Shown: positions 21,139-29,997, numbered from the stretch's first letter. The stretch: DNA of 64,000 nucleotides from Patescibacteria group bacterium (GCA_040388985.1 JAZKAU010000002.1:119642-183641), one strand, 5' to 3'. The notes: generated by a model not told the origin, from the sequence alone. Program-made: numbers and translations.

Positions 21139-21903
21139 ATGAAAATCGTGTCATGGAATGTAAACGGCTTGCGGGCCGTACACCGTAATGGTTATTGGGA
21201 AGCATTCCTGCGTGGCACGAAGCCTGACATTTTCTGCTTCCAAGAAGTGAAAGCCGAGCCGGATCAATTGCCTGACGAAGTGCGCGAAGTAGGCGGCTTC
21301 TCTTCCTTCTTTTCCCCTTCTCTCACCAAGAAAGGCTACAGCGGCGTCGCGCTCTATTCCCGGATCGAGCCACTCTCGGTCATATACGGCATGGGAATCA
21401 AGGAGTTCGACGAAGAAGGGCGTTTGATTGGCGCAGAATATGATGATTTCTGGCTTCTCAATATCTACTTCCCCAACGGTGGACGTGGGCCCGACAGACT
21501 TGATTTCAAGCTCCGCTACTACGAAGCCTTCCTTGCCTTCTGCGAAGGACTACGTAAGAGCAAGCCAGTGATATTCTGCGGCGACGTTAATACCGCACAC
21601 TTCCCTATCGACCTTGCACGTCCGAAGGAAAATCAGAACACGACCGGCTTCCTGCCCATTGAGCGCAAATGGCTCGACGAAGTCGTTGGAGCTGGGTATG
21701 TGGATGTCTTCCGACACTTCCATCCAGAGCAAAGCGAAATATATAGCTATTGGGACAACTTTACCCATGCGCGCGAGCGCAATGTGGGATGGCGCATCGA
21801 TTACTTTTTCGTAGCACAGGAGTTCCTTAAGCACATAAAGAAAGCGGAAATACACGTTGATATTTTCGGCTCCGATCACTGCCCCATATCTATAATCTTA
21901 TAA
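21139..21903 (+). CDS. xth: Exodeoxyribonuclease III
   Basis: SWNVNGLRA, QEVK, GYSGVA, CGDVNTAH, GWRIDYF, GSDHCP. Confidence 0.97.
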   Translation: MKIVSWNVNGLRAVHRNGYWEAFLRGTKPDIFCFQEVKAEPDQLPDEVREVGGFSSFFSPSLTKKGYSGVALYSRIEPLSVIYGMGIKEFDEEGRLIGAEYDDFWLLNIYFPNGGRGPDRLDFKLRYYEAFLAFCEGLRKSKPVIFCGDVNTAHFPIDLARPKENQNTTGFLPIERKWLDEVVGAGYVDVFRHFHPEQSEIYSYWDNFTHARERNVGWRIDYFFVAQEFLKHIKKAEIHVDIFGSDHCPISIIL

Positions 21904-21961
21904 AGGACACTTATCCCCACAAATGTCCTTTACTCTGTCCTATACAAGCGTAGTATCAGTA

Positions 21962-22305
21962 AAGGAAGGGGAGCGGCAAGGCTTGTGAAGGGTTTGCCGG
22001 TTCCCGAAACCGGCTGATCTTTGTTGTTCTTTGTTCTCTATCAGGCGCATGTAGTGTGGTATCTCTAACTCTCTACTTACATCTTCGGGATGATTCCCTG
22101 ATACTTAAGCGAGCTAGACAGTGATGTAGGTTCCACGTGAAAGCGCAGTTTACACAAGCCGCCAGGACCATATCTCCCGGAGGCCACCAATTCTTGCCCC
22201 CGCTCAATATTTGGTCTCCTGTGCTCGGTCTCAAGCAGCTTACGACAAAGAGGTCGCAGTGAGTGATTTCAACAGATTGGAATCCCTCCCTGCGGCCTCT
22301 TTTCT
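21962..22305 (+). ncRNA. Candidate unannotated structured ncRNA
   Basis: ORF-free; TTTACT-N16-TAGTAT promoter; long-range pairings 21971-21980 with 22193-22205 and 21980-21987 with 22153-22160; terminal hairpin plus U tract. Confidence 0.45.
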
Positions 22306-22916
22306 TTTCACATGAAACAGGAGCAAAAGTGCCGTAATCGCTAGCGATTACGGCACTTTTGCTCCTGTTTCATGTGGAACTATCTATGGGAAGCCTTTAG
22401 CAAACGTGGTGCTTGGACATAATAGCGTTAATCTCCTCCTCTTCCTTTTCCTCCCGTTTCTTCTTACCGGAATCACCCAGTTCCTTAAGTTCTTCATCTG
22501 AAAGCTTTAGCAGAGTCTCTGTCTTAGAGTCCAAATATTCAGGAGTATTCTTTGTAGGGTCTTCCAGTACTTCCTCCAGAAGGGCACTAAGAACCCAGCC
22601 GATTCTGGGACCTGGTTTCATGTGGAACCTATCCATGATATGGCCACCATCGGTCTTAAGCATGCCAACTGAAATAGGATCACGGAGAGCCTCCTCAACC
22701 ATGGCCTTATATTTACGGAACCTGAAAGGCTGCTCTTTAGGACGTCCCGTACCTATGCGGTCGCAGATACGTAGATTAAGCAAATCCCATATATTCTCCT
22801 CTCCCACATTCCGAATCACGCGCCGAACAGCCGAAAGGGTAATCTGGTCAGGATCTGAGAAGAACATATGCCAACGCACCAGTTTAGTCACTTTTTCTAT
22901 AGTTTCACGTGAAAAG
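22129..22916. promoter_or_regulatory. Cluster of parS-like ParB-binding sites
   Basis: 16-mers near TGTTTCACGTGAAACA at 22129, 22304, 22366, 22614 and 22901 (a further one at 21040). Confidence 0.8.
22309..22376. repeat. 68-bp perfect palindrome
   Basis: CACATGAAACAGGAGCAAAAGTGCCGTAATCGCT|AGCGATTACGGCACTTTTGCTCCTGTTTCATGTG, no spacer. Confidence 0.95.
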
Positions 22917-23863
22917 CGAAGCTCCTCAAGGGCCTTCTTAGTGACCCGGGCGCCAACAACCTCATGTCCGTGAAAGGTCCAATCATTCTTTTTCTGCTCG
23001 AAACGTCTTACTGCAGGCTTTGAAACGTCATGAAATACAGCCGCAAGGCGAATATCAAAGCTCCAGCCTTTGTCCGCCGCATGCTGAAGAGACCGCATGA
23101 GATGTCCAAAAACGTCATAACTGTGGGCCTGATTCTGCTCTATGCCGATTCCGCGCGTAAGATCACGCGCAATGAATTCCAAGAGTCCGAGCTGCTGGGC
23201 GAGTACAAGTGCCATCATCGGCTGATCGGAATTGAGAATACGAACGAATTCATCACGTACTCGCTCTCGTGAGATATGGCCCAGATTCTGGGCCTTTTGC
23301 TGTATGGCAGCGGCCGTATCGGCGTCTAGTGCAAAGCCGAGCTCAGCCACCAGACGCACTGCGCGCATGAGCCGGAGAGCATCTTCCTCGAAGCGTTCAG
23401 TAGGATTTCCGACCGTCCGTAGCACCCGAAGCTCGATGTCCTTTTGTCCTTTAAACGGATCGATTATCTGTCCTTTAGATTCATCGTAGGCGACAGCGTT
23501 TATCGTGAAGTCCCGACGCGCCAGATCTTCCTCAAGGCTCTGTCCGAACTCCACCGCGTCAGGTCGTCGCTTATCGCTGTACTCGCTCTCCGTACGGTAG
23601 GGGGTAACCTCGATCACTTTCAATCGATCATCCTCGGTCTCGCGCTTAACCCCTACCGTTCCGAAGTCGTTGGTGTAGAACGACTCAGGGAATATGCGCT
23701 GGATATCTTCGGGCTTCGCGTTCGTCGTTACGTCCCAGTCCTTTGGGGTTCGATTAAGAAAGAGGTCGCGTACACAGCCGCCTACCAGATACGCTTCGAA
23801 TCCCGCTTCTCGCAGTCCTTCCGCAACCTGTCGTACTTCGCTGGGGACTCGGAATTCCATCAT
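22397..23863 (-). CDS. cca: CCA tRNA nucleotidyltransferase with HD domain
   Basis: VGGCVRD, KDWDV, DLARRDFTINA, RFEEDALR, HD domain (FHDVSK, GHEVVGA). Confidence 0.95.
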   Translation of the reverse strand: MMEFRVPSEVRQVAEGLREAGFEAYLVGGCVRDLFLNRTPKDWDVTTNAKPEDIQRIFPESFYTNDFGTVGVKRETEDDRLKVIEVTPYRTESEYSDKRRPDAVEFGQSLEEDLARRDFTINAVAYDESKGQIIDPFKGQKDIELRVLRTVGNPTERFEEDALRLMRAVRLVAELGFALDADTAAAIQQKAQNLGHISRERVRDEFVRILNSDQPMMALVLAQQLGLLEFIARDLTRGIGIEQNQAHSYDVFGHLMRSLQHAADKGWSFDIRLAAVFHDVSKPAVRRFEQKKNDWTFHGHEVVGARVTKKALEELRFSRETIEKVTKLVRWHMFFSDPDQITLSAVRRVIRNVGEENIWDLLNLRICDRIGTGRPKEQPFRFRKYKAMVEEALRDPISVGMLKTDGGHIMDRFHMKPGPRIGWVLSALLEEVLEDPTKNTPEYLDSKTETLLKLSDEELKELGDSGKKKREEKEEEEINAIMSKHHVC

Positions 23864-23918
23864 TCAAATACTAGCTCGCAGCTACCTTTTCGCCTAGCGT
23901 GTAGTAAAGTGCTTATAC

Positions 23919-23990
23919 GCTCCTGTGGTGAAATGGATATCACAACAGTCTTCGGAACTGTCGTTCCAGGTTCGAATCCTGGCGGGAGCA
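23919..23990 (+). tRNA. tRNA-Arg(TCG)
   Basis: GCTCCTG/CGGGAGC acceptor stem, ACAGT-CTTCGGA-ACTGT anticodon arm, GGTTCGAATCC; CCA not encoded. Confidence 0.95.
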
Positions 23991-24010
23991 CAGAAGGAGG
24001 TGAGTCAGGT

Positions 24011-25396
24011 TTATCGCTTAACGACCAATCGCTGCAGAATCAGGCCTGCGACGATCACTCCGATCGATGTGTATGCGCTCAAGTGAAATGGTGCCGGAAT
24101 CGTGAAGAGAGCTAGCTCCGCCACTATCCAGCAGGCGGCTATCACTATCACCGGCATACGCCAGAGACCCAGAGAGAATGTATCTGGAGAGGGAAGCTTT
24201 TTCATGTTCAGTGCAAAGCTCAGAATAGTTATGAGGTATACCAGCGAGAGTAATATTATAGTCGTCGCATACAGCGCCGTCTGTCCGTAGGCGAATACGA
24301 TAAGTAATATCTCGATTGTGGCTACGAATATGGCTGCATTTGCCGGTACGCCTCGTCCCGAGACTTTCTTCAGGATGTGCGAGCCGCGCGTGGCCTCGTC
24401 TCGTGCCATGGCGAACGTCAGACGCGCTGCATTAGTAATGACGAGAAGGCCTACCGCCAGCATCGCTATGAGGACGCAGACTAGGAATATATACGTCGGT
24501 ATCATGCCCAAGTGATAGAAGAATATGCTCGAGACAGGATCAACTTCACTGGCGATAGTGGCTGCGTTTGGAATCGCAAGCGTAAGGATCAGCAAGAAGA
24601 TAAAGCCAAGGATGGCTGAAGAAGAGACGGCAGCTATAACACTCTGCGGCGCAGTCCGGCGGGCATTAAAGGTTTCTTCCGATACGTCAGAAGGAGCTTC
24701 ATAGCCGAATATCGTCCACGCCGCGAGAAGTCCCGAGATAAAGAACGCTGGCAAGTACGGAACGGGGTCGTGAGGAATGGTAGTGAGAAGGGCAAAATGC
24801 AAGCCACCATGTAGTACGGATGCGATCACGAGCGCCGTGCCGAATACGACGAGGGCTATCATCTCGATGATGACCGCATACCGGTTCAAGAGACCAGCGA
24901 AGGCTATGCCGTATATGTTTATGAATAGCTGGACGAGAACGATACTGATACCAATGACCTGCACCGTACCCGGACTGAACGTGTGGCCGAGCAGGGAGCC
25001 CAGAGGCGCCATCATGGCCGCTATGAGGCCGACGCCGGCGACCGCATAGCCGAAGATCGTAAGCCACCCTGCCTGCCACCCGACGGAATGCCCGCTCATG
25101 CGGGTATTCCAGTTATAGAGAGAGCCGGTAAGAGGAAGACGCCCTGCTATCTCAGCGAATACCAGCGCGACGAACATTTGACCGACAGCAACGATTGGCC
25201 ACGTCCAGATGCTGAAGGGTCCGGCCGATGCAAGAGCGAAGCCGTAGTTCGAATACACTCCCATTAGGACTGACATGAATGAAAAGGCAGCGGCGAAAGA
25301 AGCGAATCGGGTAAGCTTGCGACGCAGTTGGGGCTGGTATCCGGAATCAAGGATGAGCTGGTCATCTGCAGAGACTCTCTCGAATTGTGTTTCCAT
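24011..25396 (-). CDS. APC-family amino acid permease
   Basis: LGY.PQLRRKL-like start, AEIAGRLPLTGSLY.W, SEET.NA.RTAP, RL.FAMARD; about 12 TMs. Confidence 0.92.
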   Translation of the reverse strand: METQFERVSADDQLILDSGYQPQLRRKLTRFASFAAAFSFMSVLMGVYSNYGFALASAGPFSIWTWPIVAVGQMFVALVFAEIAGRLPLTGSLYNWNTRMSGHSVGWQAGWLTIFGYAVAGVGLIAAMMAPLGSLLGHTFSPGTVQVIGISIVLVQLFINIYGIAFAGLLNRYAVIIEMIALVVFGTALVIASVLHGGLHFALLTTIPHDPVPYLPAFFISGLLAAWTIFGYEAPSDVSEETFNARRTAPQSVIAAVSSSAILGFIFLLILTLAIPNAATIASEVDPVSSIFFYHLGMIPTYIFLVCVLIAMLAVGLLVITNAARLTFAMARDEATRGSHILKKVSGRGVPANAAIFVATIEILLIVFAYGQTALYATTIILLSLVYLITILSFALNMKKLPSPDTFSLGLWRMPVIVIAACWIVAELALFTIPAPFHLSAYTSIGVIVAGLILQRLVVKR

Positions 25397-25544
25397 GCCC
25401 GTACCCTACGTTCAGGGCGTTATATTAGAAGGACATGTCTGCATTCAGTATATTTTCACCACAATAACGAATAAAAACAGTTAATTTGACTATAATTTTG
25501 TCAGAATAGTTGACATAAAATGGGTGGTCCCGGAGAATGATGGG

Positions 25545-26282
25545 ATGGATATGGCGATTTTCAAAGCCCTCGGTATAGACGAAAAGGCTGCCGCTATCTA
25601 CCTTGCCACTCTTCTCCTTGGAACCACATCCGTACAACACATCGCCAGAAAATCGGGCCTCAAACGCCCGACCGTCTACTTGCACTTAGATGACCTTATT
25701 AAGCAAGGCTTGATCGAACATGTCCCGCTCCATAAGAAGAACTATTACCGGGCCACTGACCCCGTGGTAATCGAAGAGCGTTTAAAGAAGAATCTGTCTA
25801 CATTCCAGGCGCAAATGCCGAGGATGCAGTCCTTGCGAGCCGACACGATGGGGAAGCCGCAGGTACGGCTCCTCGAAGGGCAGGAGGGCATAAAGCAGGT
25901 CTACGAGGAGATACGGAAGACTAACAGCTTCAGAGTCTGGTCGAATGTCGGTCAGGAATATGGTCCGTTCCACAATACCTATATGGAGCTCGCCGAAACC
26001 ATCAAGGAGCAAGGGATAGGAGTGCGGGAGATAAGCGCGAATACCAAGGAATCTCGGCGCTATATACGCCTTATCGCCAAAGTCGCCGGCCCATCCTACA
26101 GCGTCCGCATGGCCACCGTTGATGGCATAGAGAACGATACGATCATATATGGGGATGTCATCGCATTGTTCCGCCTACCTGGCTTGAATCAATTTGTGGT
26201 GCGTATTGAGGACAAGACCATGGCCGATACTATGCGCGCCATGTTCGACATGGCCTGGAAGACGGCGCGACCTTTCAAATAG
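25545..26282 (+). CDS. TrmB-family transcriptional regulator, class A
   Basis: LGI...IYLA.L.LG...IARKSGLKRPTVY..L..L...GL; EG.EGIKQVYEE; IIYGD; MFDMAWK. Confidence 0.88.
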   Translation: MDMAIFKALGIDEKAAAIYLATLLLGTTSVQHIARKSGLKRPTVYLHLDDLIKQGLIEHVPLHKKNYYRATDPVVIEERLKKNLSTFQAQMPRMQSLRADTMGKPQVRLLEGQEGIKQVYEEIRKTNSFRVWSNVGQEYGPFHNTYMELAETIKEQGIGVREISANTKESRRYIRLIAKVAGPSYSVRMATVDGIENDTIIYGDVIALFRLPGLNQFVVRIEDKTMADTMRAMFDMAWKTARPFK

Positions 26283-26331
26283 AACTCGAGGAATTGATGA
26301 AACGCCCAGGTTGTGAGAATATATACCCGTT

Positions 26332-26402
26332 GCGGGTATAGTTTAGTGGTAGAACGTGACGTTGCCAATGTCAAAGCGGGGTTTCGATTACCCCTACCCG
26401 CA
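26332..26402 (+). tRNA. tRNA-Gly(GCC)
   Basis: GCGGGTA/TACCCGC acceptor stem; TGACG-TTGCCAA-TGTCA anticodon arm. Confidence 0.93.
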
Positions 26403-26431
26403 CTCGAGTTTAGACAGGAAGCATAATGCGA

Positions 26432-26875
26432 TTAAGTAGAGTCCGATTCTCGGCGTTTCAAACTTACGCCTATTCCTGCATTTTCAGAGACATACTTAAT
26501 AGCCTTAGAAAGTAGCTCAGGCTTATCTTTAAACTGCCCTAGTCCTATATTGCAGTTGGAACAAAGTAAGCCTCGAACGACCATGGTTTTATGGCAATGA
26601 TCCAGAACAGGCCTCTTCATAGGGTTTTGACATATACCGCAAAGCCCTCGCTGCCTCTCAAACAAGTCTGCATATAGCTGTCTATGTGGCCCGGCAGTTC
26701 CAAATTTTTGGTTTAGCTTTTTATCCTCAAGACATTGTATGCAACACACTCGGCCCTCTGCCGAAGGATTTTTCGTGCAACTTGGACAAATACCCTTCTC
26801 CTTAAAAGCAGCCTTCCGGCGTCGCTGGTACGCTAAAAAATGTTGTCTTTGTTCCTCGGATTTCCAAGCGCTCAT
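26432..26875 (-). CDS. Recombination endonuclease VII (HNH-like) domain protein
   Basis: QRGLCGIC...VLDHCH.T..VRGLLCSNCNIGLGQFKD, plus N-terminal CxxC...CxxC. Confidence 0.88.
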   Translation of the reverse strand: MSAWKSEEQRQHFLAYQRRRKAAFKEKGICPSCTKNPSAEGRVCCIQCLEDKKLNQKFGTAGPHRQLYADLFERQRGLCGICQNPMKRPVLDHCHKTMVVRGLLCSNCNIGLGQFKDKPELLSKAIKYVSENAGIGVSLKRRESDST

Positions 26876-26884
26876 ATTGCTTAT

Positions 26885-27030
26885 ATATCCACAATATACT
26901 TCTGTGGAAATAAGAAAAGGGGAAAAGTCTGTTAGTACTGGGGATAAAGGACAAATATTTTAAAAGATATTTATAGGGGCTTTAGGGATATTTTATAAAA
27001 TATTCAGTAAATACAAGCTATTCTTAAAGG
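26885..27030. promoter_or_regulatory. DnaA-box-like cluster with AT-rich tract (oriC candidate)
   Basis: ATATCCACA 26885, TGTGGAAAT 26903, AGGGGAAAA 26918, TGGGGATAA 26939, followed by AT-rich DNA. Confidence 0.45.
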
Positions 27031-27032
27031 CC

Positions 27033-27428
27033 GTGGAACTCAGCAATTCTTCACGTAAGGACATCGGGAACCTCGGAGAGCAGATCGCGGCCGAATATCT
27101 GCGTCGCCGCGGATTCACCGTCGTCGACCGCAATATCGTCCGAAAGACCGGCGAGCTTGATGTGGTAGCGCGCAAGGGAGACGTACTCCACGTTGTCGAG
27201 GTGAAAACCGTGCTCTGCGACAGCTTTCCGAACGACGCAACGAGCGACGACCAGTACGATCCGTCCGTGAATTTACACGCGCACAAGATTCAGAAAGTCG
27301 CGCGGACCGCCGAGTGGTATGTCGCGAGCAAAGACTGGAAAGGGGAGTGGCAGGTGGACGGTATCCTGGTCTGGCTACGCGCGCACGATGGCTTAGCCAG
27401 GGTCCGCTATTTCCCCCAAATCCTCTAG
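27033..27428 (+). CDS. yraN: YraN/UPF0102 family PD-(D/E)xK protein
   Basis: G.LGEQIAAEYL..RGF...RN....GELDVVA......VEVK. Confidence 0.9.
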   Translation: MELSNSSRKDIGNLGEQIAAEYLRRRGFTVVDRNIVRKTGELDVVARKGDVLHVVEVKTVLCDSFPNDATSDDQYDPSVNLHAHKIQKVARTAEWYVASKDWKGEWQVDGILVWLRAHDGLARVRYFPQIL

Positions 27429-27552
27429 GACACCTCCCAAAATACCCATCTACTTTGTTGCTCGCTCCGTTGCTCCCTCACCGTATAGCCCAATACGCCT
27501 CGGTACGCTCCTCACTCGCGCCTCGTAGCTGAGCATTTTTGAAAGTGTCCTG
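27426..27552. repeat. Palindromic intergenic element, family B copy 2
   Basis: Terminal IR AGGACAC.../...GTGTCCT; reverse complement has CTCAGCTACGAGGCGCGAG...GAGGCGTA...TACGGTGA...GCAACAAAGTAGATG. Confidence 0.7.
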
Positions 27553-27629
27553 ATTAGACCTTATATAAAAACCTGATAGAATAGGCAAAACAGGGGGTTC
27601 GAGACCATCTCGGTTCCCATTCTGTCATT

Positions 27630-27700
27630 CGGGGTGTCGTATACCGGTAGTACGACTGCTTTGGGAGCAGTTAGACGGGGTTCAATTCCCCGCACCCCGA
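27630..27700 (+). tRNA. tRNA-Pro(TGG)
   Basis: CGGGGTG/CACCCCG acceptor stem; ACTGC-TTTGGGA-GCAGT anticodon arm; GGTTCAATTCC. Confidence 0.95.
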
Positions 27701-27911
27701 CAAATTAGCGAGCGCAGCGAGACAATTTGTCGGGGCGAGCAGGCAAACTGCTTTGCCTGAGTCGGGGAATTGAAAGGCGGAACATGTCTGAGGCTCTGCG
27801 AGGACAGTGAGCCGGGGTGGCGGATACTTAGCGAGTCTTCGAGCTTAGTAAACCGTGACCAATCCCCGCACAATTTAATAAGCAGCAGCCAGTTCTCCAA
27901 AATACTAAGTA

Positions 27912-29003
27912 CTAGTCCGCAACAATCTCCCCACCCTTCACCTTCGGGAAATACACATTCGGTACTCGCAGTCCTGCGTTGTCGAAGTATACGTCTCCAT
28001 CTGCACCGACGAATCTTGCGTCTTTCATATTCTGGATCCACTGCATAGAATCCTTGCTGTACGTCTTAGCTAGAAGCTCAAAGGAGTCGTACCCGACTTC
28101 TGAGCCGAACGGGGGCTGCTCGCCATATTTAGCCACATACTGCTTAGTAAATTCAGCCGTAGGTGCGTTATTGGAAGCCGATACGATACTTCCTTGGATT
28201 CCCGCCAGATCGCTACCCAGTACTGCTTGATATTCTGGTAGTCCCGACTGGATACTCTGATCGAAGACGAAGTACGGGCGAGTGGCAGCAGTTGTAATCG
28301 TGAGGATCTCTTTCACGAGCAGTGCCCCGTCTCTCGGAGCCATGAATAGGCAGACGACATCAGGCTTTGACGCGACTATCGCTAAAGCTTGAGAACGGAT
28401 ATCACTTACATCGCTACCAATATTGAATTTCGGCACGTTCCCGCCATACCCGTCGTTGAAGCCATTATAGAAGTTCTGATACACGGAGGTGGAGTTGCTT
28501 ACGGCCGCTACCGGTTTCTTGTATCCGAGTCGCCTTACTTCAATGCCAAGCGCGTGCTGGACAGGGTTAGCTGCAGGGACTACCTGGAAGATATTGTCAT
28601 CTTCGGCGGGCTCCGTTTGCTCAAAGCCGAGTGCAACCGGCTTCTTCTCCGTATGAACGGCGTCATATATGACGTCTATAGTGAATGTCGTAAGCACCGC
28701 GTATGCGTCAGGAGCATTGAATTCTTGAAGCTTTTTGTATGCGGAGAGTCCGGTCGTCGAATCGAAGTGATCGTCCTCAGTCGTTGCTTCGAACTTGAGA
28801 TCATGAGAACCGTTCCACTGCTCTAGTGCGAGATTAAAGCCCTTCACATATCCCTCCCCAACCGCAGCATACTGACCGGTCATGCCGGCAATGACTCCTA
28901 GATGAACCACGGATGCTTCCTTCTTGTGGCCGATAGAACTTACGGCATAGGCAAGTATGCCAAGAATAACGATTGCGACAGCAACGACCAGAAGTTTCTT
29001 CAT
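27912..29003 (-). CDS. ABC transporter substrate-binding protein, branched-chain amino acid (LivJ-like) family
   Basis: N-terminal anchor; LGVIAGMTGQYAAVG, EDDHFD, GYDS, F.GADG.VYFD..G.R. Confidence 0.85.
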   Translation of the reverse strand: MKKLLVVAVAIVILGILAYAVSSIGHKKEASVVHLGVIAGMTGQYAAVGEGYVKGFNLALEQWNGSHDLKFEATTEDDHFDSTTGLSAYKKLQEFNAPDAYAVLTTFTIDVIYDAVHTEKKPVALGFEQTEPAEDDNIFQVVPAANPVQHALGIEVRRLGYKKPVAAVSNSTSVYQNFYNGFNDGYGGNVPKFNIGSDVSDIRSQALAIVASKPDVVCLFMAPRDGALLVKEILTITTAATRPYFVFDQSIQSGLPEYQAVLGSDLAGIQGSIVSASNNAPTAEFTKQYVAKYGEQPPFGSEVGYDSFELLAKTYSKDSMQWIQNMKDARFVGADGDVYFDNAGLRVPNVYFPKVKGGEIVAD

Positions 29004-29213
29004 AAATATAAGGGTTAGGGAAGTAAAGGCGCACGGAGATTCTTTACTTATGTGGGCAATCCTGGCGTAGTTATATTATAACGTCAAGTATTTTGTCTAA
29101 AATATGAGCATCAAATATCGCAAAAACCTTCATTCTATAAGGTTGTATGAAAAACTTGCTACTTATCATCAAAATTATTGACTATTTTATAACAATGCAT
29201 ACACTTCAAATAT

Positions 29214-29960
29214 ATGGACGTCTCCGAGTCGCTAACGGCCCTGGGCTTGAATGAGAAGCAATCGACTATCTACGTAGCATTACTGCAACTCGGGCGAGGA
29301 AGCGCGTATTCGATCGCCGATAAGGCGGGGATAAAGCGACCGACCGCCTACGTCATTCTAGGAGAACTTATTGAGAAGGGGCTCGTGTCTCGGGTGCCAC
29401 GGGTGCGCAAACAGCTATACGTTGCCGTATCACCGGAACAAGCCTTCGCATCTGCCGAGGAGAGACTGGCCGCGGCCAAGCAAAAACTGCCGGAGCTGCT
29501 AGCGATGACCAAGGGCGCAGATTCGAAAGTGAACGTGCTTTTTTTCGAAGGCGTGAAGGGTATAAAGCAGGTTATGGAATATAAGCGGGAGGAAGATAAA
29601 GGTAAAGAGTTCGTGGGCTTCTACGCTATGACGAAGAACGTGCCCAAAGACCTGCTTGAATATTTTGAAGAATGGAATGAGAAAGTCCGCAAGAGAGGTA
29701 CAACCATGCGCGGTATCGTACCGGATCACTCAACCCTTGCCTTCCATCGCTCGCAGGACAAGCACTTGGGAAGGGACATGAAGATAGTGCCGTATAAGCA
29801 ATTCTCGTCGGAGGTCGCCATAGATATCTCCGAACGCATAGTGCGTATCCACGACTATAAGAATCTCCAAGGCGTTGCCATAGAGAACGCGGACGTAGCG
29901 AAGACGATGCGAGAGATATTCGAGATGTTGTGGAGTCGCATCCCTGAGCGGGAAACATAG
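29214..29960 (+). CDS. TrmB-family transcriptional regulator, class A
   Basis: LGLNEKQ..IYVALLQLG..SAY.IA.KAGIKRPTAY; FFEG.KGIK; IENADVAKTMREIFEMLW. Confidence 0.9.
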   Translation: MDVSESLTALGLNEKQSTIYVALLQLGRGSAYSIADKAGIKRPTAYVILGELIEKGLVSRVPRVRKQLYVAVSPEQAFASAEERLAAAKQKLPELLAMTKGADSKVNVLFFEGVKGIKQVMEYKREEDKGKEFVGFYAMTKNVPKDLLEYFEEWNEKVRKRGTTMRGIVPDHSTLAFHRSQDKHLGRDMKIVPYKQFSSEVAIDISERIVRIHDYKNLQGVAIENADVAKTMREIFEMLWSRIPERET

Positions 29961-29997
29961 CCAGACCGAGTCCGAATATGGTATCCTCGCTCTTACA

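Noticed and set aside
21962-22305. tmRNA, RNase P or SRP RNA identity
   Set aside because: No tRNA-like CCA end or T-arm, no GAGGAAAGTCC, and no SRP helix-8 motif recognisable.
26439-26451. GAGTCCGATTCTC identical to the tRNA-Gly(TCC) T-arm
   Set aside because: A 13-nt match is expected by chance in 64 kb, and it lies within coding sequence.
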